The notes under the pieces are model-generated. The model did no database searches. It was not told the DNA's origin and worked only from the letters and a program-made list of their open reading frames with translations. From Nannocystis sp. ILAH1 (lineage in GTDB: Bacteria; Myxococcota_A; Polyangia; Nannocystales; Nannocystaceae), in assembly GCF_026626585.1 (NCBI RefSeq), contig NZ_JAPNKD010000014.1, forward strand, positions 285,207 through 349,206: DNA of 64,000 nt. The letters run 5' to 3'. The number at the start of each line of letters is the position of its first letter. Within the stretch, counting starts at the first letter, position 1. This document shows positions 22,235-31,806 of this stretch, in pieces. A program made the translations under genes and the position numbers.

Positions 22235-23547
22235 GGCGCTGGTGGCTCGACCTGGGCTCGTTCGCGGTGGCGCTCGCGCTGGCCGCGGCGGTGGTGCTCC
22301 GCTGGCGTCGGGGTCACGTGGCGCTGCTGTCGAGCACGGCGGCGCCGGCGATCCGGCTGCTCGCGCTGCTGATCGTGTTCGTGCAGGGCTGCGCCGACCG
22401 GCTGCGCGGGCGCGAGGAGCCGGACGGGCAGGGGGCTGTGCCGGGCTCTCAGGACATGTCGGTTGGGGCAGGTCCATCGCAGCAGGTCGAAGAGGACATG
22501 TCCCAAGGGGCAAATGCTCCGGAGAGCTCGGGGACGACGCCGACGCTCGGGCCCGACGCATTCCCGCTGGCCGACGAGGCGGCGCTGGGCAGGTGGGCGC
22601 GGCTCGTCGCGGACGACGGGTTCGCCGTCGGGCCGGGCAAGCGGTTCGCGCTGGCGCTGGTGCCGGTGCCGGAGGCGACGCCGGCCCAGGACCCGCGGTG
22701 GCTGCAGGTCGCGTCCGCCCTCGAGGCGCTGGCCGACGCGGCCGGCGGCGCCGAGGGTGAGGCGTTTCGCAGCCGCTGGCGGGCGCACGTGGAGGCGCGC
22801 AAGGCAGGCGGCAGCGAGACGATCGCGGAGCTGCAGGCGCTGCTGAGCAGCATGGAGGCGCTGCCGCTCTACCACGCGGGGCTGGCGGGCTACGTGTGGC
22901 GCCGGGCGGCGCCGCTGCCGGTGAGCGCATCGGAGCGGGCGGAGCTTTTCGGGCGGATCGAGCGGCACCTGCGGGCCTGCGAGGCGCTGCTGAAGGGCCA
23001 GTTCGAGACGGGGCCGATCGAGTTCACTGCGTGGCGCAGCAAGGCAGCCCCGCCGGTCGGCTACTCGGGCTTGAAGGTGCCGAAGGGGCTGCTGGCGGCG
23101 GCGAAGGGGCACTATCCGCAGATCGACGCGGGGACGTGGACGGTCGAGGCGACGCTGTCTCTGACCGTGGTCGACGCGGGCGTGACGCTGCTGCGCGCGG
23201 GCCGGGCGTCGGAGCTGCAGGCGGGGCAGCGGTTTACTCTGGGCCGGCTGGACGTGCTGGCGAGCGGGCGACCGGCGAAGCTGCGCCACGATGAACTCGG
23301 GGACATGTCCCTCGGAGCAGGCGCGGTGGTGACTGCGTGGGACGTCGGCCAGCGGCTCGCGAGGCCCGGGAGCGAGCGGGTGCGGGCGAAGGTGGCAGCG
23401 GCCCAGAGCGACGATTCGAAGGCGCTCGAGCAGCTGCAGTCGATCCTGCCGGCGGCGCACCTCGAGATCCGCCGCGCGCTGGCCGAGAAGCCACAGGCAC
23501 CCGGCTCGCCGGGGCTGCGCACGCTGCTCGAGCTGTTCGACCAGTGA
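22231..23547 (+). CDS. Membrane-anchored protein of unknown function, translationally coupled to the radical SAM gene
   Basis: The GTG start overlaps the rSAM stop (GTGA) and has a perfect AAGGAGG SD. It has an N-terminal TM (WWLDLGSFAVALALAAAVVL). It contains in-frame GGACATGTCC elements. Confidence 0.6.
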   Translation: MRRWWLDLGSFAVALALAAAVVLRWRRGHVALLSSTAAPAIRLLALLIVFVQGCADRLRGREEPDGQGAVPGSQDMSVGAGPSQQVEEDMSQGANAPESSGTTPTLGPDAFPLADEAALGRWARLVADDGFAVGPGKRFALALVPVPEATPAQDPRWLQVASALEALADAAGGAEGEAFRSRWRAHVEARKAGGSETIAELQALLSSMEALPLYHAGLAGYVWRRAAPLPVSASERAELFGRIERHLRACEALLKGQFETGPIEFTAWRSKAAPPVGYSGLKVPKGLLAAAKGHYPQIDAGTWTVEATLSLTVVDAGVTLLRAGRASELQAGQRFTLGRLDVLASGRPAKLRHDELGDMSLGAGAVVTAWDVGQRLARPGSERVRAKVAAAQSDDSKALEQLQSILPAAHLEIRRALAEKPQAPGSPGLRTLLELFDQ

Positions 23548-23599
23548 GCCGCTCTTCCTCCGAGCGCGGCCGCTGGGGCGAGCCACGGCGGACTCGCTC

Positions 23600-23780
23600 T
23601 CATGGCTTCTGGGACATGTCGTGACGACATGTCCGATCGCAAGCAGTCGCTCGTCTGGCGTCGCCGAGAGTGCGGCCGCCAACGGCGATCCTCAGAGAGA
23701 ACGCGGATGGACCATGCGACATGTCGATAAAGACATGCCGCATGAGACATGTAGCGAGTGACATGTCCCGAAGTCGCAAT
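23600..23780. repeat. Cluster of about 7 GACATGTC palindrome-family elements
   Basis: gggacatgtcgtgacgacatgtccg, then cgacatgtcgataaagacatgccgcatgagacatgtagcgagtgacatgtcccgaag. Confidence 0.55.
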
Positions 23781-23782
23781 GC

Positions 23783-24979
23783 TCAGCCGGCGTCGACGAC
23801 CACGCGGATCTCGGCGGCGGCTGCTTCGGCGCGGGCGCGGCACTCGGCGACGTCGTCGCCGTAGGCCAGGACGACGCCCATGCGCCGGTACTTGCGGGTG
23901 TCGGGCTTGCTGAACAGGCGGATCTTGGTGCGCGGGTCGGCGAGCGCCTTGCCGACGCCGGTAAAGCGCGGGTTGGTGCCTGGCCGATCGGCCAGGACCA
24001 CGGCGGAGGCCCCGGGCGCGCGGAGGATGACCTGGCCGATCGGGAGGCCGAGGATCGCGCGCACGTGCAGCTCGAACTCGCTCTGATCCTGCGTGATCAT
24101 GGTGACCATGCCGGTGTCGTGCGGGCGCGGGCTGACCTCGCTGAAGATGACGTCGTCGCCGACGACGAACAGCTCGACGCCGAACAGGCCGGCGCCGCCG
24201 AGCGCCTCGGTGACTGCGGCGGCGATCTCCTGCGCGCGGGCGAGGGCCTGCGGCGCCATCGCGTGCGGCTGCCACGACTCCATGTAGTCGCCGCGCTCCT
24301 GCCGGTGGCCGATCGGCGGGCAGAACAGGGTGCCCTCGTGGCGCGTGCGGATCGTGAGCAGCGTGATCTCGTAGTCGAACGGGACGAAGCCCTCGACGAT
24401 GACGCGGGCCGAGCGGCCGCGGGCGCCCGACAGCGCGTACTCCCACGCGACGGCGACGTCGGCGGCGGTGCGCACGGTGCTCTGACCCTTGCCCGAGCTC
24501 GACATGACGGGCTTGATCACGCACGGCAGGCCGAGGCGCTGGACCGCGGCCTCGACCTCCTCGCGCGTGTCGGCGAAGGCGTACGGGCTGGTCGGCAGGC
24601 CGAGCTGCTCGGCGGCGAGGCGGCGGATGCCCTCGCGGTCCATGGTGAGCCGGGTGGCCCGCGCGGTCGGGATGACTGCCCAGCCCTCGCTCTCGAGCTC
24701 GACCAGCGCGTCGGTGGCGATGGCCTCGATCTCGGGGACGATGTAGTGGGGCTTCTCGCGGGCGACGACGGCGCGCACCGCGTCGCGGTCCTGCATGTCG
24801 AACACGTGGCTGCGGTGCGCGACCTGCATCGCCGGAGCGTTGGCGTAGCGGTCGCACGCGATGACCTCGACGCCGAGGCGCATGGCTTCGATCGCAACCT
24901 CGCGGCCGAGTTCGCCCGAGCCGAGCAGGAGCAGCCGTGTGGACGAGGGAGACAGAGGAGTGCCGAGCGTGAGATCCAT
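23783..24979 (-). CDS. purT: Formate-dependent phosphoribosylglycinamide formyltransferase (GAR transformylase 2)
   Basis: It matches the E. coli PurT pattern across its length ([15 protein letters not shown]..., [23 protein letters not shown]). A GTG at 25048 is an alternative start. Confidence 0.9.
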   Translation of the reverse strand: MDLTLGTPLSPSSTRLLLLGSGELGREVAIEAMRLGVEVIACDRYANAPAMQVAHRSHVFDMQDRDAVRAVVAREKPHYIVPEIEAIATDALVELESEGWAVIPTARATRLTMDREGIRRLAAEQLGLPTSPYAFADTREEVEAAVQRLGLPCVIKPVMSSSGKGQSTVRTAADVAVAWEYALSGARGRSARVIVEGFVPFDYEITLLTIRTRHEGTLFCPPIGHRQERGDYMESWQPHAMAPQALARAQEIAAAVTEALGGAGLFGVELFVVGDDVIFSEVSPRPHDTGMVTMITQDQSEFELHVRAILGLPIGQVILRAPGASAVVLADRPGTNPRFTGVGKALADPRTKIRLFSKPDTRKYRRMGVVLAYGDDVAECRARAEAAAAEIRVVVDAG

Positions 24980-25290
24980 GGCGAGCGCGCGCAGGATAGT
25001 GGCGCACTGTCGCGCGCGGCAAGGCGGGCGCCGCGGGCGCGAGGTCACACGCGTCGGCCAGGGCCTCGCGCGGGCCGATGCGCGGCGGTGCGGGGCTCAC
25101 GCCGGTCGGGCTGCGGAGCTCACGCCGGTCGGGCTGCGGAGCTCACGCTGGTCGGTCGCGGCCGGCGGACGGGCCGGTGCGAGCGAGCCGAGCTGCGGGG
25201 TTCATCGTCGGCGAGCGCCGCGGTGAGGAGAGCCCGCGGAGGCGCGATGCGGCGGAGGCAGACGAGTCGCGCGGTCGATGCGGCCGCGCG

Positions 25291-28200
25291 TCAGGTGGGC
25301 GCGCTGCCGTTGTACATCGCGCTCCACTGCGCGGGGCGGAGGATGGCCCGCGAGGCGAGGTACTGGTCGGCCTGGGCGATCAACGTGGCGCCGCTGGGAC
25401 CCAGCAGCTCGCCGCGGCGGCGACGGGCGCAGGCGGCGTGGACCGGCATGTCGGCGGTGTCGAAGCTGGCGGCGGCGGCCTCGAGGCGGACGAGCGCCTG
25501 CTGGATGTCGCCGTTCTGTGCGGCGATGCCGGCCCGGATCAGCGCGGCCATGGCGACGGAGTCGTGGCGCAGCGCGCGGTCCTCCTCGAGCTGCGCGGCG
25601 TCGCGTTCGGCGGCGGCGAGCAGGACGCCGGCGTTGTGCGGCTGCTCGCGCGCGGCCGCGACGGCGGCGAGGCCCCGCGCGTGGAGGAAGAGGATCCGCT
25701 GGCCCTGCCAGCCGAAGATGTACGAGTTCTCGACGGCGACCCAGTTCTCGGCCAGACGCTGCCAGGCCGAGCCACCTTGCCCTTGGTACAGGTCGCACGA
25801 GGTCTCGAGGAGCAGCGCGAGCATGTGCTGGAAGTGGAAGCCCTCCTTCGACCAGCGGCGCATCGCCCCGCGCACGCGGTCGCGGGCGCTGGTGATGTCG
25901 TCGGCGCCGAGCAGAGCGTAGGCGCTGTAGAGGGCCGACCAGACCTCGCCGCACAGATCGCCGGCGTCTTCCGACTCGCGCAGCCAGGCGTGGGCGCGGT
26001 GGCCGAGCTCGGCCAGCTCGCCGAGCATGAACAGGCCGCGCATCGTGCTCATGCGGGCGAGGTCGAGCTCCCAGCCGACGCCGACGCAGCGGTCGAGCAG
26101 GATCTGGGCGCCCTGCTCGCAGTGCTCGAGCGCGCGGCGCCAGCGGCCGAGCGAGACGGCGGCGATGGCGTCGACGATCTCGCACAGGCCGATGAGGCGC
26201 GGCTCCGAGATCTGTTCGGCGAGGCGGCGCGCCTCCTTGAGCAGGGTGGTGCCGCGGCTGACGGCGTTGGCGGTGCCGCGGCTCATGATCATGGCGCCGA
26301 CGCCGGCGAGCGCGCGGGCGATGCGCTGCGGCTCACCTGTCTGAAGGGCCAGGAGGAGGCCGCGCTGGTAGAAGCTGTAGCCGCGGATCGGATCGACGAA
26401 GGCGAGGCCGACGGCCGCCGACAGGCACACGTCGAGGCGCAGCAGATCGGCCGGCGGGACCTGCTCCTCGCGCACCGCGGCGAAGCCGAGCCCGCGCAAG
26501 CTGAGCTGCGTGGAGCGGGTGATGATCGACATGTTGGCGCGGCCCGGCGTGGCCGGGTAGCCGAGGTCGACCTCGACCAGCGCGGGGCGCAGCATCCGCA
26601 CGCCCTGGTCGATGTTGCCGCTGACGAGGAACTGCTCGCCGGCGCGGCGGCGCAGCTCGAGTGATTCGGCCGGCGAGGCGCCCTCGGCGGCGCTGGCGTA
26701 GACCGGGGCCGCCTCGGCGCTGCGACCGGCCAGCGCGAGCGCGTCGGCGCGACGGCGGAGGAGGGCGCGGCGCTCGTCGTCCGGGAGGTCGGGCGCCCAC
26801 GCGAGGGCGCGGCCGTACAGCTGGGCGGCGCGGTAGAACGCGAGCGCGGCGGCGGCCCGCTCGGCGGCGGCGACGGCGGCGGCGTGCGCCTCCTTCAAGG
26901 CGCCGGCGGCGTGGAGGTGGTGCGCCAGCAGCTCGGGGTCGTCGGCCGACTGCGCGAGCGCGTCGGCGAGGGTGCGGTGCAGCTGCGCCTGGCGCTCGCC
27001 GCCGAGCTGCGCCAGCACGGTGTCGCGGATCCGGTCGTGATAGCATTCGACGGTGTCGCCGCTGCGCGAGGCCAGAGTGCGCAGCAGGTGCTGCGCCTGC
27101 AGCTCGCCGAGGACCGAGCGATCGGTGACGCCCGAGGCCGTGAACGCGAGGCTCGGCGGGATCGGCCGCCCGGCGATGGCGACGATCTCGAGCAGGCTGC
27201 GACCCGCGGCGCGCAGGCCGGCGAGGCGAGTGCGCACGACCGCGTCGAGCGAGACCTCGGCCGGCGCGGCGCCGCGGTGACCGGCGATGTGGCGCGCGAG
27301 CTCCTCGACGAACAGCGGGTTGCCGCCCGACTCGGCGGCGATCCGGCGCGCCTCGGCGCGGGCGCTGTCGCTGTCACGGCCGAGCCGGGCCAGCGCGAGC
27401 TCCTCGGCCTGATCGGGCGAGAGCGGCTCGACCAGCAGGTCGCGCACCAGAGCCTTGAGCTCGGGCCGCGCGCCGAGCCGCCGCAGCTCGCGGAGCATCG
27501 GCGCGTCGTCCTCGTCGATGCGGTACGAGCCGATGAAGAGCATCGCCGGCGGATCGGGCGGCGACAGCAGCTCGGCGAGCAGGCGCGCGCTGTCCTCGTC
27601 GCCCCACTGGAGATCGGCGATCCGCAGCACCAGCGGGCGGCGATCGGCGATCCGCGCCAGCAGCTCCTTGAGCCCGCGGAAGGCCCGACGCCGCGCCTCT
27701 TGCGGGTCGGGGGCGACGAAGTTGCGCTGCGGCAGATCGGCGACCACGGGGGCGCGCGCGAGGACGGGGAACAGCCGCGTGAGCTCGTGGATCTCGCGCG
27801 GCAGCAGGGCCGCGGCCTCCTCCTGCGGGAGGTGGCGGAGGTGCTGCGCGAGCGCGTCGAGGACGCTGTCGAAGGCCTTGTACGGCACGCTCTCGCGCTC
27901 GTAGCAGCGGCCCTGGAGGACGAAGGCGCGGTCGTTGCGGCGCAGCTCGGCGATGAAGCGATCGATGAGCGCGGTCTTGCCGATGCCGGAGCGGCCGCGG
28001 ACGTACACGCACACCGGCGAGCCGGCGAGCGCGAGCTGGAAGGCGTCGCGCATCGCCGACAGCAGGTCGTCGCGGCCGACGAAGCGCGCGCCCGACTCGG
28101 TGGGGCCGAGCGGGGCCTCGCCGAGGGCCTCGCGGATGTCGGCGCCGCCGAGCCGCGCGGCCGGGTCGCGCTGCAGCAGGCCCACGCACAGGGTCGCCAG

Positions 28201-28977
28201 CTCCGGATCGACGTCGGGCACGAGCGCCTGCGGCGGGGCCGGATCTTCGTGCTGCTTGGCGTGGAGGATGGCGAGCGGCGGGCCGGTGAACGGCAGGCGG
28301 CCGGTGAGCGCCTCGTACAGCATGACGCCGATCGCGTACCAGTCGCTCGCGGGCGAGGCCGGGTTGCCGGCGGCCTGCTCCGGCGCCATCGTCGCCGGCG
28401 TGCCGAGCAGGCCGTCCTCGCCGCCCTCGGCGACGTCGTCGGCGGCGAGGCCGAAGTCGAGGATGACGACGCGACCGTCGGCGGTCACCAGCACGTTCGA
28501 CGACTTGAGGTCGCGGTGCAGCTTGCCGGCGGCGTGCAGGGCGCTGACGCCGGCGGCCAGCTGCAGCAGGGCGGGGCGCAGGCGCTCCGGCGGCGGCGCA
28601 GCGCCTGGCTTTTCGGACATGCCCTGACGGACATGGTCGACGAAGCTGACGCCGTCGACGAACTCCATGGTGATGAACCACTCGTCGTCGTGCGAGACGA
28701 GCTGGTGGAGGCTGACGAGGTTGGGGTGCGACAGGCCGGCGGCGCTGCGGAACTCGTTCTTGAGGCGGAACAGCGCGCCCGGGTCGAGCTGGTGCAGGGT
28801 CTTGACCGCGATGGTGCGGCCGCTGTCGCGATCGAGCGCGGCGTAGACGACGCCCATGCTGCCGGAGCCGACCCGACGCACCAGCTCGTAGCGGCCGAGC
28901 GGACGCGGAAGGATGTCCTCAGGGACAGGTGGCGTCACCGGCAGCGAGGCGCGGGCCTGGGGCTCGTCGGGATTCAA
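25291..28977 (-). CDS. STAND-type Ser/Thr protein kinase (kinase + AAA/NTPase + helical repeats), 1228 aa
   Basis: It has Hanks kinase motifs (VGSGSMGVVY, HRDLKSSNVL, DFGLA), then a P-loop (GRSGIGKTAL), then a long Ala/Leu-rich TPR-like region. Confidence 0.85.
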   Translation of the reverse strand: MNPDEPQARASLPVTPPVPEDILPRPLGRYELVRRVGSGSMGVVYAALDRDSGRTIAVKTLHQLDPGALFRLKNEFRSAAGLSHPNLVSLHQLVSHDDEWFITMEFVDGVSFVDHVRQGMSEKPGAAPPPERLRPALLQLAAGVSALHAAGKLHRDLKSSNVLVTADGRVVILDFGLAADDVAEGGEDGLLGTPATMAPEQAAGNPASPASDWYAIGVMLYEALTGRLPFTGPPLAILHAKQHEDPAPPQALVPDVDPELATLCVGLLQRDPAARLGGADIREALGEAPLGPTESGARFVGRDDLLSAMRDAFQLALAGSPVCVYVRGRSGIGKTALIDRFIAELRRNDRAFVLQGRCYERESVPYKAFDSVLDALAQHLRHLPQEEAAALLPREIHELTRLFPVLARAPVVADLPQRNFVAPDPQEARRRAFRGLKELLARIADRRPLVLRIADLQWGDEDSARLLAELLSPPDPPAMLFIGSYRIDEDDAPMLRELRRLGARPELKALVRDLLVEPLSPDQAEELALARLGRDSDSARAEARRIAAESGGNPLFVEELARHIAGHRGAAPAEVSLDAVVRTRLAGLRAAGRSLLEIVAIAGRPIPPSLAFTASGVTDRSVLGELQAQHLLRTLASRSGDTVECYHDRIRDTVLAQLGGERQAQLHRTLADALAQSADDPELLAHHLHAAGALKEAHAAAVAAAERAAAALAFYRAAQLYGRALAWAPDLPDDERRALLRRRADALALAGRSAEAAPVYASAAEGASPAESLELRRRAGEQFLVSGNIDQGVRMLRPALVEVDLGYPATPGRANMSIITRSTQLSLRGLGFAAVREEQVPPADLLRLDVCLSAAVGLAFVDPIRGYSFYQRGLLLALQTGEPQRIARALAGVGAMIMSRGTANAVSRGTTLLKEARRLAEQISEPRLIGLCEIVDAIAAVSLGRWRRALEHCEQGAQILLDRCVGVGWELDLARMSTMRGLFMLGELAELGHRAHAWLRESEDAGDLCGEVWSALYSAYALLGADDITSARDRVRGAMRRWSKEGFHFQHMLALLLETSCDLYQGQGGSAWQRLAENWVAVENSYIFGWQGQRILFLHARGLAAVAAAREQPHNAGVLLAAAERDAAQLEEDRALRHDSVAMAALIRAGIAAQNGDIQQALVRLEAAAASFDTADMPVHAACARRRRGELLGPSGATLIAQADQYLASRAILRPAQWSAMYNGSAPT

Positions 28978-28990
28978 GGTGGAGCGTGGA

Positions 28991-30145
28991 TTATGCCACG
29001 CGCCCGGGCCCCGGGTCGCCGTCCGCGGGCAACGCCCCGGGCGGGACGCCGAGGCCGGGGCCGCAAAGCCGCGGCAGGTCGGGCGCGAGCCGCTCTTGAC
29101 TCCCCGGCGGCATCGGGTCGGCCCGCGTGAGCATGTGGGCGTCGAGGTCGGCCTCGTCGGCGAGGCGGGCCAGGGCGGCGCCGGCGGCGAGCCCGACGCG
29201 GGTCTCGATCATGCAGCCGACGAGCACCCGCAGGCCGTTTTCCCGGGCTGCGGCGATCGTCGCCAGGGCCGGCGAGATCCCGCCGCACTTCATCAGCTTG
29301 ACGTTGATGCCCGCGACCCGGCCCCGCAGCGCCGCCACGTCGTCCGGGCCCTGCACGTCCTCGTCGGCGTAGATCGGCAGGGGGCAGTCGCGCGCGAGCG
29401 CCGCGAGGAGGTCGGGCCGACCCGCAGGCAGCGGCTGCTCGAGCTGCTCGACCCCGAGGTCGATCAGCAGCGGGAGCAGGTCGCGCACGTCGTCCGGGGT
29501 CCAGCCGCCGTTGGCGTCGACCCGCAGGCGGGCGTTCGGGGCGGCGGCGGCGATCGCACGCACGGCCTTGCGGTCGAATTCGCGGCCCTTGCCGAGCTTG
29601 ATCTTGAGCACCGGGAGGTGCGCGGCCGCGGCCGCGCGGGCCGCCATCGCCGGGAGCTCGTCGAGCGCGATCGTGTAAGAGGTGACGGTCGCCCCCGAGG
29701 TGGCCGAAAGGACATGGCGATCGAGACCTGCCCGATCGAGCACGTCGGGGTCGGCCAGCAGCTCGGCCAGCGAGCGGCCGCGGGCGCGCGCGGCCGCGTC
29801 CCACAGGGCGGTGTCGACGGCGCAGCGGGCCGCGGAGTGATCGGGGGCGAGCTCGCGCATGCGCGGGCCGGCGGCCGCGATCGCGCGCGGGTCGGCGAGG
29901 ATCTCGGGGGACAGCTCGGCCGCGATCGCGGTGGCCAGAGGCGCGGCGGCGATCGCCGACTGACCGAGGTAGCGCACGGGCGAGGCCTCGCCGAGGCCGC
30001 GGCGATCGGGGCCGTCCGCTGCGGCGCCGTCCGGGTCGCCCGGGTCAAGGCGCACGAGCAAGCTCGGCAGTTCGCTCACGGTGCCGCGCGACAGGCCGAA
30101 CGGGTGGCGCAGGCGGAGCGTGACGAGGGCAGTGCGCAGGTCCAT
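28991..30145 (-). CDS. Enolase-superfamily dipeptide epimerase / muconate-lactonizing-enzyme-like protein
   Basis: Enolase-superfamily signatures are present: KIKLG, DANGGW, EQP and DE. The start is set at MDLRTALVTLRL, with an alternative further upstream. Confidence 0.7.
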   Translation of the reverse strand: MDLRTALVTLRLRHPFGLSRGTVSELPSLLVRLDPGDPDGAAADGPDRRGLGEASPVRYLGQSAIAAAPLATAIAAELSPEILADPRAIAAAGPRMRELAPDHSAARCAVDTALWDAAARARGRSLAELLADPDVLDRAGLDRHVLSATSGATVTSYTIALDELPAMAARAAAAAHLPVLKIKLGKGREFDRKAVRAIAAAAPNARLRVDANGGWTPDDVRDLLPLLIDLGVEQLEQPLPAGRPDLLAALARDCPLPIYADEDVQGPDDVAALRGRVAGINVKLMKCGGISPALATIAAARENGLRVLVGCMIETRVGLAAGAALARLADEADLDAHMLTRADPMPPGSQERLAPDLPRLCGPGLGVPPGALPADGDPGPGRVA

Positions 30146-30197
30146 GCCGGCCGTCCCGGTGTACCACCGCCGAGGCGCCATTGTATCGTGGCCCCGC

Positions 30198-31709
30198 ATG
30201 CCAGGTCGCCGCCCCGGAGGCTCGCCCCCCAGCGCCGCGCTCGAGCGGCTGTTCGACCGCGACTCCCCGCTCTCCTATGAGGAGCGGCTCGAGGCCCTCA
30301 TCCGCGCGGCGCTGCCGGACCAGGTGCCGCGGCTGTCGTTCGGCGACGAGCTGGCGCGCGGCGGGATGGGCTCGGTGCGGCTCGCGTTCGACGAGGTGCT
30401 GCAGCGGCGGATGGCCGCCAAGACCATGCACGCCAAGACCTACGACCACCTGATCCTCGTGCACGGGTTCTTGCGCGAGGCCCAGGTGACCGGTCAGCTC
30501 GACCACCCCAACATCGTGCCGATCCACGAGCTCGGGCGCGACGAGCAGGGCCAGCTCTACTTCACGATGAAGTTGGTCGAGGGCCAGAGCTTGAAGGCGC
30601 TGATCGGCGGCGAGCCGGCGACCGACCACGAGCGGCTGTTCCACCGCCTCGAGATCTTCGTCAAGGTGTGCGACGCGCTGTCGTTCGCCCACAGCCGCGG
30701 GGTGATCCACTGCGACATCAAGTCGGCCAACGTGATGGTCGGCGCCTACGGCCAGGTCTATCTGATGGACTGGGGCGGGGCCCAGATCCTGCCGCTGCGC
30801 TCCGCCGAGGACGAGGCGCGGTGGGTCCGTGACGCCCTGCCGCCGCTGCCGCCGTCGGAGACCGACGGGCTGGTGTTCGGCACGCCGTCGTACATGTCGC
30901 CGGAGCAGGCCAACAGCCATCCGCTCGACGAGCGCGCCGACGTGTTCTCGATGGGGGCGCTGCTCTACGAGATGATGGTCGGGCGGCCGCCGTACCAGGC
31001 GCGCACGGCGATGGACGCGCTGATCCTCGCGCGCGAGGCGAAGTTCGCCCCGCCCGACAGCCACGTCGCGGTGCCGTTCCCGCGCGAGCTGGTGCGCATC
31101 GTGACCCGGGCGCTGCGCCGCGATCCTGAGGATCGCTACCCGAGCGTGGCGGCGCTGCAGGCCGACATCGTCCGCCTGCTGCGCGGCAGCGGCAGCTTCC
31201 AGACGGTCCGCTTCGCCGCCGGCGACCACGTGATCCGCGAGGGCGAGATCGGCGACGCGGCCTACATCGTGCTGGCCGGCAGGCTCGAGGTCTACAAGCT
31301 CGAGGCGGGGCACCACGTGTCGCTGCGCTGGCTCGGGCCGGGCGACGTGTTCGGCGAGACTTCGATCTTCGCCGCCTCGCGCCGGACCGCCAGCGTGCTG
31401 GTGGTCGAGGACGCGACGCTCACCAAGATCACCAGCGACCTGATCGAGGAGGAGCTGACGTCGATGAAGCCGTGGATGGGCGCGTTCGTGCGCACCCTGG
31501 CGGCCCGCTTCGCCGGCGTCGAGGGCCGCGGGTCGCGGAGCGCCCCCGTCGAGGCCCCGCCGGGCTCGGTGGCGCCGCGCTCGGTCCCGCCGATCCCGCC
31601 GCCGACGAGCTCGGGCGGCGAGAGCGTGATCATCGACATCGACGAGCCGCTCGACGAGAGCCTCGACGGCAGCGACATGCACGCGACGCTGCTGGCCCGC
31701 CGCGACTGA
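30198..31709 (+). CDS. Ser/Thr protein kinase with C-terminal cyclic-nucleotide-binding domain
   Basis: The kinase domain (GGMGSVRLA...HCDIKSANVM...DWGGA) is followed by a cNMP-binding fold (FAAGDHVIREGEIGDAAYIVLAGRLEV...GPGDVFGETSIFAASRRTASVLVVEDA). Confidence 0.8.
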   Translation: MPGRRPGGSPPSAALERLFDRDSPLSYEERLEALIRAALPDQVPRLSFGDELARGGMGSVRLAFDEVLQRRMAAKTMHAKTYDHLILVHGFLREAQVTGQLDHPNIVPIHELGRDEQGQLYFTMKLVEGQSLKALIGGEPATDHERLFHRLEIFVKVCDALSFAHSRGVIHCDIKSANVMVGAYGQVYLMDWGGAQILPLRSAEDEARWVRDALPPLPPSETDGLVFGTPSYMSPEQANSHPLDERADVFSMGALLYEMMVGRPPYQARTAMDALILAREAKFAPPDSHVAVPFPRELVRIVTRALRRDPEDRYPSVAALQADIVRLLRGSGSFQTVRFAAGDHVIREGEIGDAAYIVLAGRLEVYKLEAGHHVSLRWLGPGDVFGETSIFAASRRTASVLVVEDATLTKITSDLIEEELTSMKPWMGAFVRTLAARFAGVEGRGSRSAPVEAPPGSVAPRSVPPIPPPTSSGGESVIIDIDEPLDESLDGSDMHATLLARRD

Positions 31710-31710
31710 T

Positions 31711-31800
31711 GGTCGAAAGGGCATGTCCGAAGGGGCATGCTCTGCGGGAAAGGTCTTCCGGGACATGTCCGAGGCGACATGTCCTCGGGGACTTCCCGTC
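31711..31800. repeat. Cluster of palindrome-family elements between convergent kinase and cyclase genes
   Basis: gggcatgtccgaaggggcatgctc ... gggacatgtccgaggcgacatgtcctcgggg. Confidence 0.55.
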
Positions 31801-31806
31801 GGCGCT

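Noticed and set aside
23670-23864. 64 aa ORF (…CDMSIKTCRMRHVASDMS…) in the palindrome cluster after the membrane-protein gene, considered as a possible rSAM precursor peptide
   Set aside because: Its DMS/Cys codons are generated by the GACATGTC palindromes. It also overlaps the 3' end of purT on the other strand, so it is not credible as a RiPP precursor.
30145-30199. Longer N-terminal start (30199) for the epimerase overlapping the kinase start at 30198
   Set aside because: The enolase-superfamily N-terminus aligns better from MDLRTALVTLRL (30145). The longer form would place both start codons on top of each other in a divergent arrangement.
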